From the IMG/VR virus record IMGVR_UViG_3300039918_000017, positions 1 through 30,762 of that record: a stretch of 30,762 nt of DNA; one strand, given 5' to 3'. The DNA comes from a virus. Lineage: Duplodnaviria > Caudoviricetes. The position numbers and the translations under genes are program-made. Every line of letters starts with the position of its first letter. Position 1 is the stretch's first letter. Of the stretch, positions 1-9,020 are shown piece after piece. A model generated the notes under the pieces. That model worked only from the letters and a program-made list of their open reading frames with translations, did not search any database and was not told where the DNA came from.

Positions 1-423
1 CCTGAACCGCGCGAACATCACCATGTCTCCCCCGTCCGGGCTCCACGCCCGCAAAATCGCTTCGCGCGCGAAGCCCAGCCGCCGGGCCCAGCGATGCCCG
101 GCGGCGAACTCCGCGCGCACAAGCATGTCGATCCGGCGATAGGTCTGATCGTCCAGATACTGGCGCACGATCCGCGTCAGCTCGCCCATATGGCCCCAGC
201 AACCCTGCGCCATCACCGCCCAGCCCGTCGCCGCTCCGCTGTGAACCTCAAGCAGGCCGACGATCGCCAGCACGCGGCCGTCCGCCCGGATCGTGAAGGC
301 GCGGCCCTTCGCACTCATGGCCGCCAAATGGGGGCGCAGGTCGATGGGCCAGTCGCGCAGCTGCGCGTCCTGCGGCGTCACCCCGGCTTCGTCGCCGGCG
401 GCGTAAGGGTGAATTCGGATCAT
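1..423 (-). CDS. GNAT-fold virion-module protein (T7 gp13-like position); 3' end runs off the window
   Basis: Not in the ORF track; translated by hand. ATG at 423 overlaps the nozzle stop (ATGA). The frame MIRIHPY...YRRIDMLVRAEFAAGHRWARRLGFAREAILRAWSPDGGDMVMFARFR is open to base 1 and has a GNAT-like 'RW..RLGF..E' motif. Confidence 0.8.
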   Translation of the reverse strand, partial: MIRIHPYAAGDEAGVTPQDAQLRDWPIDLRPHLAAMSAKGRAFTIRADGRVLAIVGLLEVHSGAATGWAVMAQGCWGHMGELTRIVRQYLDDQTYRRIDMLVRAEFAAGHRWARRLGFAREAILRAWSPDGGDMVMFARFR

Positions 424-2717
424 CGCTGCGCCACGTCCGTCGTAATGCCGATCGCCAGCACCGTGCATTGCTTTGGCGCGATCCGCTCCAGCCGCACTTG
501 CCCCACGCGGTCCCACGTCCCCACCATGTCGTTGATGATGTCGCCGGTGAACAGCGGCAGCGCGCTGTCCATCGGGCTATTGCCCATCTGGTTTTCCAGA
601 TTGCGAATTGCCTTATCCTGCACGGTGAGGCGCAGCCCCAAACTGTCATGGACGCGGACGAGAATGCGTCCGTTGCGCTTCATCTTGCCCTGCGCCGGAC
701 CATTGTCGCCACCAGCCTCGATCGGCAGAAGGTCCACATGGGCCGGGAATGACAACCCGACCGTCACGTCCTGCGCCTCACGGCCCAGCGCAATCCAGCC
801 CTCGGCGTCAGCGTCGAGCCGGCCCAGCCACGCACCGTCTGCCACCACATCCACCGCCATGCCCGCCAGATGGGGGGCTTGCACCTCTGCGACGGGAGCG
901 CCACTGTAACGCAGCGCCGCGTCCGCCATGATCGCGGTCGGGTCGCTCTGGCCCGGCAAGCGGAATGGAGCGAGCGCCATCACCCACCATTCACCGCCCT
1001 TTTGCGCTACGCACCAAAGCTGCTCATAACGCCCGCCAGGATCGGTGATGGAGCAGATCGACCGTGCTGCCAGCCCGTCAGCCAGCGGGCGGCGCATCCA
1101 TCCCAGAACCTGCTCGCTCGGCATCGAATCCGCGCAGACCAGGCTGCCGTCCTCGCGCACCGCCCAGATCAGCTGCAAGGGCTCGCGCTGCCAGCAAAAT
1201 TCGATGAAAGCGGAATTGGCGATATGGTCGGCATAGCGCGTCAGATCCTCGGTCGTATATTTCTCGACGCGCTCCTCGAACATCATCAACAGCTTGCGGC
1301 CATTCCGCTGGAGGAAGATCGGGCGGCCGTCCTTCTCGATCGGGCGCACGCTTGCGGATCCCGCGTTGGTCTGGCCCGCCAGCTTCACATTGTCATAGCC
1401 GATGCCCTTGGCCTGGCTTGCGGCGCGCAGCACATGCTCGCCGATCGCCGTGCCGACGAACAACTCGCTTCCCGCCAGCATCCAGCGGATAGGATTGGGA
1501 TTGTCGATCGTGCCGGTGAACGCGGAATCCGTCGTCGCGTCACCATTCTCATCCAGCCGGTCGAAATCGTGCAACGCGCCGGCAACGGACGCGTAGATGG
1601 TGTCGCCCTTCCAGAGATAGAGGCGCTGGTCGTAGATCGCACCGCCCTCCGGCCAGCCCCGGCGGGGCGAGAAGGCGCCGAAGCGCCAGCGCCACGTTCC
1701 ATCGGTGTAGGTGCCGCCGCCGCCCGGCTCATAATTATAATCGCCGGGATCGAATCCGTCGCCGGGAACATAGCCTCCATAATCATAGTCGCCATAATTG
1801 ACGCTGCTGGCGACAGTCAGGGGCAGCCGGCGGGTGACGACGGCATTGACTTGAGTTGCGCTGATATAGCCCGTGATTTTCAGACGGCCGAACATATCGT
1901 GGAGATAGGCCAGCTGGACGCCGCCGGCGTTCTTGTCGTTGATGTCCTTGCCCTTGCCGATGCCGTCCCATTCCACGCCCCGTGAATGGAACGGCTGCAC
2001 AGTGCCGGTTTTGGCGGAAACGCCATAACCGACAACCTGGTAAACGCGGCCGTTCCACTGAAGCAGGTCGCCATAGGTGACGGTAATCCCCGGCTCCCAG
2101 CTGGGCACACGGCCAAGGTCGCTCGCCTCCACCTCGAACAGGCCGCCAACATCGCCTGCCTCGAAAATCGGATGGGTGCAGGTAATGACGACATTGCCCG
2201 TCACCCCGGAAAAGCTCACCAGTTTGGCTTCGTCATTGTTGCGATCGCCGAACGGGCCGTTTTCCAGCTCCAGTGTCTCCAGCGCGAAGTCGGTAGCGCC
2301 GTTGCGGATCAGCCGACGCTGCTGAAACCCGCCATGAAACAGATAGACGACATCGTTGCTTTGCGTCGTGTTGAGTTCCAGGACCGAAGCATAATCATAG
2401 GGTGTCGCGACCTGCACCGGATCGTCGCCGTCCATCAGCAGCACGTCGTTGGTGTAGAAGCGAAAGAGGTTGGCTGACGCCTCGATCACATGCCCCTGCG
2501 TCACATAAGGTTCGAACGGCATCAACCGGCACGGCCCTACCGCCTTGCCGATGAACTCGAAGCCGGGGCACGCTTCCATGCCGCCCTGTGGGCGCGGCAC
2601 GAAGCCCACCATCGCCGCGGTCGAGATCGGATAGACCTCGTGATCGATCCGCCCGAGCATATAGGGCGACAGCTCGCCGCCATTGAAATTGGTCTGGATC
2701 GGGGACACGCGCGACAT
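420..2717 (-). CDS. Tail tubular protein B / nozzle (T7 gp12, P22 gp10-like)
   Basis: 765 aa; N-terminal 'QTNFNGGELSP' typical of podovirus nozzle proteins; follows the tail adaptor. Confidence 0.88.
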   Translation of the reverse strand: MSRVSPIQTNFNGGELSPYMLGRIDHEVYPISTAAMVGFVPRPQGGMEACPGFEFIGKAVGPCRLMPFEPYVTQGHVIEASANLFRFYTNDVLLMDGDDPVQVATPYDYASVLELNTTQSNDVVYLFHGGFQQRRLIRNGATDFALETLELENGPFGDRNNDEAKLVSFSGVTGNVVITCTHPIFEAGDVGGLFEVEASDLGRVPSWEPGITVTYGDLLQWNGRVYQVVGYGVSAKTGTVQPFHSRGVEWDGIGKGKDINDKNAGGVQLAYLHDMFGRLKITGYISATQVNAVVTRRLPLTVASSVNYGDYDYGGYVPGDGFDPGDYNYEPGGGGTYTDGTWRWRFGAFSPRRGWPEGGAIYDQRLYLWKGDTIYASVAGALHDFDRLDENGDATTDSAFTGTIDNPNPIRWMLAGSELFVGTAIGEHVLRAASQAKGIGYDNVKLAGQTNAGSASVRPIEKDGRPIFLQRNGRKLLMMFEERVEKYTTEDLTRYADHIANSAFIEFCWQREPLQLIWAVREDGSLVCADSMPSEQVLGWMRRPLADGLAARSICSITDPGGRYEQLWCVAQKGGEWWVMALAPFRLPGQSDPTAIMADAALRYSGAPVAEVQAPHLAGMAVDVVADGAWLGRLDADAEGWIALGREAQDVTVGLSFPAHVDLLPIEAGGDNGPAQGKMKRNGRILVRVHDSLGLRLTVQDKAIRNLENQMGNSPMDSALPLFTGDIINDMVGTWDRVGQVRLERIAPKQCTVLAIGITTDVAQR

Positions 2718-2723
2718 GGGCGC

Positions 2724-3356
2724 TTACATGCCCGGCGCGCGGCGAAAACCGGCATAGCCGGCCAGCCATTTGGACCCGGCGCGGGCGCTATCGTTGCTGC
2801 GCTTGCCGCTGGCGAGGCCGTCGAGCCTGCGCGCCTCCGCCAGATAGCCGCCGTCGCCGCCGACGCCTTCGAACTTCACACGCGCTTCCTGCACGTTGCC
2901 GGCAATCTGGGTCGCGCTCTCGCACAGGTCGACGGCCAGCTTGTAAGCCATCAGCGTTTGAAGGTGGACCGACCACTTGGTCACATCCTCCACATCGGCG
3001 ATGTAGCGGATTGCTGGCGCGATCGCGTCGGTCAGCAGGAACCCGCCTTCCTCTTCGCCTTCGAAATGCTCGCAATCGTCCAGCGACCACGGCAACCAGC
3101 GCAGGCAATCCGCCGGCAGTTGGAACATGCCGCTGTAACCGAAGGCTGGCGTGCCCGACTTGTTCAGCCGCGCGCGCCGGATCAGGCAATTCCATGGATG
3201 AAGGCTGAAAATCTCGCGCCGGCTTTCATGCCACAGATCCTTGACCTGATCGGCCAACGGCGATCCGTCATCGACATGGGTGATGCGCTCGACCGATCCG
3301 AGCAGCACGAAGGCACGGTTGGCGATGCGCGTCTGCGAAGTCACGATATTGGCCAA
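2724..3356 (-). CDS. Tail tubular protein A / adaptor (T7 gp11-like)
   Basis: 210 aa; 'IANRAFVLLG', 'HPWN', 'FQLPADCLR' motifs; position upstream of the nozzle. Confidence 0.85.
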   Translation of the reverse strand: MANIVTSQTRIANRAFVLLGSVERITHVDDGSPLADQVKDLWHESRREIFSLHPWNCLIRRARLNKSGTPAFGYSGMFQLPADCLRWLPWSLDDCEHFEGEEEGGFLLTDAIAPAIRYIADVEDVTKWSVHLQTLMAYKLAVDLCESATQIAGNVQEARVKFEGVGGDGGYLAEARRLDGLASGKRSNDSARAGSKWLAGYAGFRRAPGM

Positions 3357-3471
3357 GGCGCGCCCTCCCTAAGATGAAGGACGCGCCGTCGCTGCTTTCC
3401 AGTGCCCGACCTGCCCGCCCAGGAGGGAGCGGGCAAATCGCTGCGACGGCGCGTCCACCCCGCCGCTGGGA

Positions 3472-3900
3472 TCAGCGGTGGGAAACCAGTGTCTGAACCA
3501 CGAGGATGCCGGCGCCGGGCACGACGCCGCCCAGGCGGCCGAGAACTTCGACGCTATCGGGCAGCGGATCGTCGTCGATCGCCGACGCAAGCCCGACTTC
3601 CTTCGGCACGCCTGGCGTTGCCGGCCCGGCGGTCGCGGTCATGTAGACTACGGCCGAGGTTGCATTGCCGATCGACATCGTCATCCCGGACAGATCGACC
3701 GAACCCGTGATCTTCCAGCCCAGCAGCACGTCCCCGCCGCGCGGCTTGGACAGCACCAGATCGTCGCCGGCTACGACCAGCGACAGGTCGAACACTTCGC
3801 GCATGATGCGCTGCGCCGCATTGTAGCTGCTGCCCGGCGCGCGGCTCTGACCGTCGCCGTTCAGCACATTGGTCAGCGCCTTCCCATACTTCTTTGCCAT
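3472..3900 (-). CDS. Probable capsid cement/decoration protein (Bbp16-like position and size)
   Basis: 142 aa, beta-rich, immediately downstream of the major capsid gene. Confidence 0.6.
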   Translation of the reverse strand: MAKKYGKALTNVLNGDGQSRAPGSSYNAAQRIMREVFDLSLVVAGDDLVLSKPRGGDVLLGWKITGSVDLSGMTMSIGNATSAVVYMTATAGPATPGVPKEVGLASAIDDDPLPDSVEVLGRLGGVVPGAGILVVQTLVSHR

Positions 3901-3936
3901 GTTCCGTTCCCTTCGAACGAGTGAGCATTAGGTGCG

Positions 3937-3958
3937 AAGGGCGGCTTGCCGCCGCCCT
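3937..3958 (-). terminator. GC hairpin after the capsid gene (attenuator or mRNA stabiliser)
   Basis: AGGGCGGC/GCCGCCCT stem; lacks a good U-tract. Confidence 0.35.
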
Positions 3959-3970
3959 CCGGGTGGCGCG

Positions 3971-4882
3971 TCAGGCGTGCTTGACGACGACCTGGTAGCA
4001 TTTGTCCTCATTGACGCGGACGACGGCTGAGCAGGCTTCGGCATAGACCTGCTCCGACATCTTCTTGTCACGGCGGGTGCCGATATCGCCGAAGAACTCG
4101 GTCCACACGCCGCGATGCAGGCCGCTGGGCACGAAGACCGGCAGCGCGACTGCGTTCGCTTCCGGCACCACCAGTGGCGCGCCATTCTTGTAGGCACGCG
4201 TGCTGGTCAGGTTCGTGCGGACGAAGCGGAAGCCCAGCCACGGCTTGATCTCGCCGCGCGACAGGGTGTGACCCGGATTATAGTCCGTGTTCACATATTC
4301 CTGAATGCCCAGCAGCTCGGTTTCCGACTGCGGATCGAGCAGCATGACGGGCATTTCCGCTTCGATATCGACGTCGTTCAGGTTCATCTTTTCCCGAACC
4401 GCGAGCAGCTTGGCCTTGGTGAAGCCGGTGTTCCCGTGCGCCACGGTATTGGCGGCCTTGAACGGGACTGCCGTGTCGCCGGTCTCGCCGGTCCAGGCAT
4501 TGCCGAAATAGCCGGCCAGCCACTGATCGTCATGGTAACGACGGGTGGCGACGCCGGCCTGCACCGCGATCGGCGATTTGATATCGACACGCGTCGATTT
4601 CACGTCGTCACGGTCCAGCAGCACCGCGATGTCGGCCGACTTCGGCTTCTTGATCCAGCGCCGCGTGCTCGAAATATCGGCTTCGTTGGTGTCTTCGTTG
4701 CGGCCGTTCTTGGTTTCCAGGAACAGATCGCCGAAGCGATCGACGATCTCGACCGACTTGTCGCTGTAACCGGCGCTGCTGCCGACCAGCACCGACAGCT
4801 TGCCGGGCGTCTGGTTGAGTTCATATTCCACCGCCAGCTGGAAGCTGGTTGTCCGCGTGCCTTCCGGCCAATTCTCTGGCAT
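3971..4882 (-). CDS. Major capsid protein
   Basis: 303 aa after the scaffold; 'GEIKPWLGFRFV' and C-terminal 'VVRVNEDKCYQV' resemble podovirus HK97-fold capsids. Confidence 0.85.
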   Translation of the reverse strand: MPENWPEGTRTTSFQLAVEYELNQTPGKLSVLVGSSAGYSDKSVEIVDRFGDLFLETKNGRNEDTNEADISSTRRWIKKPKSADIAVLLDRDDVKSTRVDIKSPIAVQAGVATRRYHDDQWLAGYFGNAWTGETGDTAVPFKAANTVAHGNTGFTKAKLLAVREKMNLNDVDIEAEMPVMLLDPQSETELLGIQEYVNTDYNPGHTLSRGEIKPWLGFRFVRTNLTSTRAYKNGAPLVVPEANAVALPVFVPSGLHRGVWTEFFGDIGTRRDKKMSEQVYAEACSAVVRVNEDKCYQVVVKHA

Positions 4883-5100
4883 GATGCCTGTCCTTCCGGG
4901 TCAAAAATGACGGTTTCGCGTGATTTTCGACAGGGATGGCAGCGGATCGCTGGGCCTATCTGGCGCTTGTCGCTGCGCTTGTCGCGCCCGCCGCTTTGGC
5001 GGGAAAGCACCGGGGCCGCTGCGCCGGGGCGCTGGGCGGGATGGCCGGAAATGGTGGGGAGCTGATTGTCAGGCCGCCCCCCGTTGGCCTGCGCCGTGCA

Positions 5101-5128
5101 AAATCTAACACACAGTTATGTTTGTCAA
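5101..5128 (-). promoter_or_regulatory. Putative capsid promoter with operator ATAACTGTGTGTTA
   Basis: Minus strand reads TTGACA-AAC-ATAACTGTGTGTTA-GATTT, an AT-rich island about 220 bp upstream of the capsid ATG. Confidence 0.7.
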
Positions 5129-5967
5129 GATCGCCGTTCGGCGATCGCAAGCAGTCGGTCATATTGCTTGCGTTCGGGGCTGTTCGCATCTTCCAGCTTC
5201 GCGCCAGCTGTTTTCATCAATGCGCGCGCCTGCTCCTTCGCCTCATCCGGCGTCAGCTGGCCCGTGCTGATTTGAATGTCGGTCGGATCGACCCGGCCCA
5301 GCTCGCCCATGCGTTCGGCCATGTTGAACAACAGACGCAGCGTATTGCCGCCGCCGACGAACCGGGCCAGATCATCCTCGAAACTGGCCGGGATGCCCAG
5401 CCGGTCGAGCATGTTGACTGCCGCCTGCTTGCCGCGCGCGAACCCGTCCTTGCCCATTTCGCCTTCCAGCGCGGCCAGTTCATCCTTGCCCTTCTGCGCC
5501 GCCGCTTGGCCGACCTGCGCCATATGCGCGTTCCATCCATCGACCAGCACCTTCGCGCTTTCGGGATGGAGGCCCGCCTGGTGGAAGATCGGCTTCATGG
5601 CGTCGGCGAAACTGCTGTCCTGCCCTTCGGGCACATTGATCTGGTAGGCCTCGGGCGTCTCGGGTCGGATCGACGCAAAGAAGCGGCTCACCGAATCCGC
5701 GTCGCCATCCTTGGGCAGCACGACCTTGGACTTGGCGATCTTGTGCGCCTCTATATGGCCTTTCGCCAAATCCTCGACCGACCCAAACCGCCGCAATGTG
5801 GCGTCGGCCTTCAGATCGTCGGGCAGGCCGCCCATCCATTCAGGCAGCTGCTCCTGTTGGCCCTGCTGTCCCTGCTGACCGCGATCCAGCAGACCGCCGT
5901 CCTGCCCCTGCTGCTGGCCCTCCTGGCCCTCCTGCCCCTGCTGTTCCTGTCCTTCTTCACCCGGCAT
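5125..5967 (-). CDS. Capsid scaffolding/assembly protein
   Basis: 280 aa with a Q/G/E low-complexity N-terminus, 'W...LPDDL' and 'RPETPEAY'; lies between portal and capsid. Confidence 0.8.
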   Translation of the reverse strand: MPGEEGQEQQGQEGQEGQQQGQDGGLLDRGQQGQQGQQEQLPEWMGGLPDDLKADATLRRFGSVEDLAKGHIEAHKIAKSKVVLPKDGDADSVSRFFASIRPETPEAYQINVPEGQDSSFADAMKPIFHQAGLHPESAKVLVDGWNAHMAQVGQAAAQKGKDELAALEGEMGKDGFARGKQAAVNMLDRLGIPASFEDDLARFVGGGNTLRLLFNMAERMGELGRVDPTDIQISTGQLTPDEAKEQARALMKTAGAKLEDANSPERKQYDRLLAIAERRS

Positions 5968-6322
5968 TGTCTTCCTCCTGGCTCATTTGGCTTTCAAGTT
6001 CGTGCACCCGCTCCGGCGACACATTCAGGCGGGCGATGATGTGCAGCAGCATCCGGCGCTTGCCTTCCGCCAGAGCGAGGTCCGCATGGTCGATGCTGCC
6101 ATTCACGATGCCGAACCCGGCTTCGGCCGCGATATCGTCCAGCACGATCTGCGCCGCTTCTCGCAGCGCGCCGTCATCACCATGGAACAGCTGGTGATAG
6201 GCGCGCAGGACCGTCATCTGGCTGCGCGCCGTGTTGCGTGCCTTGCCCGACCGCGCTTCCGCCGCCTGACGGATCGCGAGCAGGTCGGCGGTTATGGACG
6301 GCAATGGACCGTTAGGCGGCAT
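5957..6322 (-). CDS. Bbp19-like phage protein
   Basis: 121 aa; 'Y..LF...G...A..VL.D' and 'AEGKR' motifs; conserved position after the portal. Confidence 0.7.
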   Translation of the reverse strand: MPPNGPLPSITADLLAIRQAAEARSGKARNTARSQMTVLRAYHQLFHGDDGALREAAQIVLDDIAAEAGFGIVNGSIDHADLALAEGKRRMLLHIIARLNVSPERVHELESQMSQEEDNAG

Positions 6323-7976
6323 TGGCGGGCACCATTGCGCTCAAATTCTTCGCCGTTCCGCTGGCCGATTCCGCCAGCGCCAGCGTGTCGGCGATGCTCT
6401 GCCGCTGCGCCCGCGCGTCCTCGGCCGCCTTCCGTTCTTCGTCGGTCGCTTCCCAGCTCGCCGGGACGCCATTGATCCGGCCCAGCTTGTCGAGCACCTT
6501 GGCGGGCGGATATTTTTCGTTGAACGCAGCCCATGCTTCCGGATCGTTGGCGGCGACGCCGGCATATTGCTCGCGCATCCGGAAATAGCCTGCGGCTGCG
6601 CCCGCCTCCTGCGCCCGCGACAGGCCATTGTCATAGACGGTCTTGAGGCCAACGCCTTCCGCCATCGCCTCCGCGATCTCCTCCGGCATATCGTCCAGCA
6701 GGCCGAGTTCGTCCATCAGGTCGATCTCGCGTTCCTGCATCGGGGAAAGCCACTCGGTTTCCTGATTGGCGAAGGGGCCGAGCAGGATGCCCTTTTCCTC
6801 GTCGCGCTGGTAAAGCTGACTGTCCGTTACATGGCTTTTCAGCTCGTTGCGGATTTGCAGCATGTCGACGAAGAACGCACGGTCGATATGACCGTGCAGC
6901 TTGTCCAGCATCGCCATGGCCGGTTGCAGGTCCGCGCCTTCGACCATCGGCGCGATCATGCGCTGCCCCCGGCTATCGATGCCGCCATAGGTGAACTCGC
7001 CGGCGGCGTAGCGCGCCATCTGATCCTGCAAATCACTGTGCGCCAGCATCGGCGGCCGCGCCGACAGTTCCGACGCCACCATGATATCGACCATCATCTG
7101 CTGCGTCGCGCGCACCGTGGGCAGGATCGTGAAGGCCGGGCAGCGGCCATAGCTTTCGTTCGGCGCGTTGATGAACCGCGACACGATGCGCGGCATGACG
7201 CGATAGCCGCCCTGCGCGAACAGCTCCTGCCCGTTCGTCCTGCACACATAGGCACCGGCCCAAGGCATCCCCGCTGCATCCAGCCTGCCCAGCTCGAATT
7301 GCCGGTTCGGCGCGATGACGTGGATAAACTGGATGTCGGCTTCCAGCTGGTTGTCGCGGATGGCTTTCTGCACAGCTTCCGGCGCGGCCGTGCCCCATTT
7401 GCCCGCCGCCTGTCGCGCCTTCATCGTAAAGGCGTGATGCACCGTGTCGATCAGGCCGTTGGCATCCTCGCGGACATAGATTTGGCCGATGAACTCGCTC
7501 TTGTAGGACAGGCCGATCGCCCGCCCCGTCAGGTCGCGGCGAATGTCCGGCCACATCGACTGCATCCCGAACGCGAACAGCGATGCGATGCTTTCATGCA
7601 CCTGGCCGGCGAAGCCGCTGCGCGGATCGTTGCGCAGCGCGAACAGCTGACTGTTTTTCAGGTCAACCCACGCGCGGTTGCGCTGGTTCTTCATCAGATC
7701 GTCGTCATCCAGTTCGAACCGCTGCCATATCTGGCCCCGCGGCATTACATAGCCCTCGAAGAGCGACACGCCCTGTTCCAGCGCCTGCTGCGCATATTCG
7801 TCGAAGATCGGCGTGGTCAGGTTGCGACCCTGCCACAGGCTGCCAAGGTTCTGGAAATTGGACTGGCGGGGCAGCAGCAGCTCGGCGCACTCCTGCATCA
7901 TCGTCTCGAAGGGACGGCGCTCCTGCGCCATCTCCTCCTGATCGCGAATGATCTTCTGTGCGTCGAACATGCTCAC
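6312..7976 (-). CDS. Portal (head-to-tail connector) protein
   Basis: 554 aa; 'ESYGRCPA', 'HVTDSQ', 'LGP' motifs of T7-gp8-like portals. Confidence 0.9.
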   Translation of the reverse strand: MSMFDAQKIIRDQEEMAQERRPFETMMQECAELLLPRQSNFQNLGSLWQGRNLTTPIFDEYAQQALEQGVSLFEGYVMPRGQIWQRFELDDDDLMKNQRNRAWVDLKNSQLFALRNDPRSGFAGQVHESIASLFAFGMQSMWPDIRRDLTGRAIGLSYKSEFIGQIYVREDANGLIDTVHHAFTMKARQAAGKWGTAAPEAVQKAIRDNQLEADIQFIHVIAPNRQFELGRLDAAGMPWAGAYVCRTNGQELFAQGGYRVMPRIVSRFINAPNESYGRCPAFTILPTVRATQQMMVDIMVASELSARPPMLAHSDLQDQMARYAAGEFTYGGIDSRGQRMIAPMVEGADLQPAMAMLDKLHGHIDRAFFVDMLQIRNELKSHVTDSQLYQRDEEKGILLGPFANQETEWLSPMQEREIDLMDELGLLDDMPEEIAEAMAEGVGLKTVYDNGLSRAQEAGAAAGYFRMREQYAGVAANDPEAWAAFNEKYPPAKVLDKLGRINGVPASWEATDEERKAAEDARAQRQSIADTLALAESASGTAKNLSAMVPANAA

Positions 7977-8044
7977 CCCCGTGACGCGCCCCGCCAGTCG
8001 TCATCGGTCGCCCAGGCGCATGGGCGACCGAATCCGCGCGCCGT

Positions 8045-8746
8045 TCACTCCAGGGGGAACAGCAGGTTTCCGTCCGGAATTTCCGCACGCCGTCCGCCGC
8101 CGGCGTTCAGGTCAACCGACAGCCGGCATACGGCGGCCGCCGCAGGACCGTCGTCGTCCATGCGCGGCTCGACCAGCAGGAACGCCTGCCGCACCGCGAC
8201 GGCGGGAAGCTCCGGCGCCAGCTCGATGCGCGGCTTGTAGATCAGCGACGGACTGGAGCCGCCGAAGCGCTGAACGTCGCCCGGCCGAACCTCGGTCGGC
8301 GGAATCGGCAGCGCCTCGCCGTCCTCGTCCGCCAGCACGATTACCAGGCTGTCGCCATCGTCCAGCGCCGCCAGCACCCGCGCGACCAGGTCGCGGCGGT
8401 CGGTCGGCACGGTCAGCACGATGCGGCGATCCGCTGCAGCCATGGACCCGCCAAAGGGACCGCCGTGAAAGGCCCCTTCATCGGGCCCCTCTGCCGGCGC
8501 AGGCGGTGTCGGCGGCTCCGGCTGCTCCGGCGTCGCGGGCGGCGGCGTCTCGGGATGCACTGGCGGCGTGACCGGCTCCGCAAGCGCTTTGAGAGCGTCA
8601 TCAATCAGCTCCTTCGCGCCGGCCCTGTCCTTCCCCGCAACCTCCTTCGCGCGCAGCTCCATTAGCTGCTCCTTCGTCAGGTCGCCGATCGCCTTCCGCA
8701 TGTCGTCGATGTTCATAGCGGCGATTGCCGCGATCACGTCTTCCAT
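8045..8746 (-). CDS. Hypothetical two-domain protein (helical N-domain, Pro-rich linker)
   Basis: 233 aa, RBS AAGGA, lies in the late operon. Confidence 0.75.
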   Translation of the reverse strand: MEDVIAAIAAMNIDDMRKAIGDLTKEQLMELRAKEVAGKDRAGAKELIDDALKALAEPVTPPVHPETPPPATPEQPEPPTPPAPAEGPDEGAFHGGPFGGSMAAADRRIVLTVPTDRRDLVARVLAALDDGDSLVIVLADEDGEALPIPPTEVRPGDVQRFGGSSPSLIYKPRIELAPELPAVAVRQAFLLVEPRMDDDGPAAAAVCRLSVDLNAGGGRRAEIPDGNLLFPLE

Positions 8747-8764
8747 CGTCCGTTCCTTTCTCGC

Positions 8765-9019
8765 TTACCGCCCCAACAGGCTGGTTCTCGCCCCCGTCGC
8801 CGCTTCCGCGCCGCCGTAACCCGTGCGGCGGTTCGCCCGCGTGCCTTCCCGGCGCGCGAGATTGTCGTTCACCGCCGCGCGTTCGGCGGCCATGTTGCGG
8901 GTCGGCGTGGGCAGCGCTGCCTGGGTTACTGCCTTGGGCGCTTTTGGCCGGGAGAGCAGGCCAGCGCCCGCGCTGATGACGCCGCCGATGATCGGCGCAA
9001 ATGGTGCAATGGCCGCCAT
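8765..9019 (-). CDS. Small virion-associated protein (T7 gp7.3-like position)
   Basis: 84 aa, Ala/Gly-rich, ending 'TSLLGR', typical of small pre-portal proteins. Confidence 0.7.
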   Translation of the reverse strand: MAAIAPFAPIIGGVISAGAGLLSRPKAPKAVTQAALPTPTRNMAAERAAVNDNLARREGTRANRRTGYGGAEAATGARTSLLGR

Positions 9020-9020
9020 G

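Noticed and set aside
5850-5960. Short tandem repeats encoding GQE/GQQ
   Set aside because: Ordinary low-complexity N-terminus of a scaffolding protein.
6294-8240. 648-aa plus-strand ORF and other long antisense ORFs (870-1985, 2490-3377, 4115-5065, 4936-6039, 17836-19020, 20342-21643)
   Set aside because: Shadow frames of well-supported minus-strand genes in high-GC DNA; no motifs or RBS.
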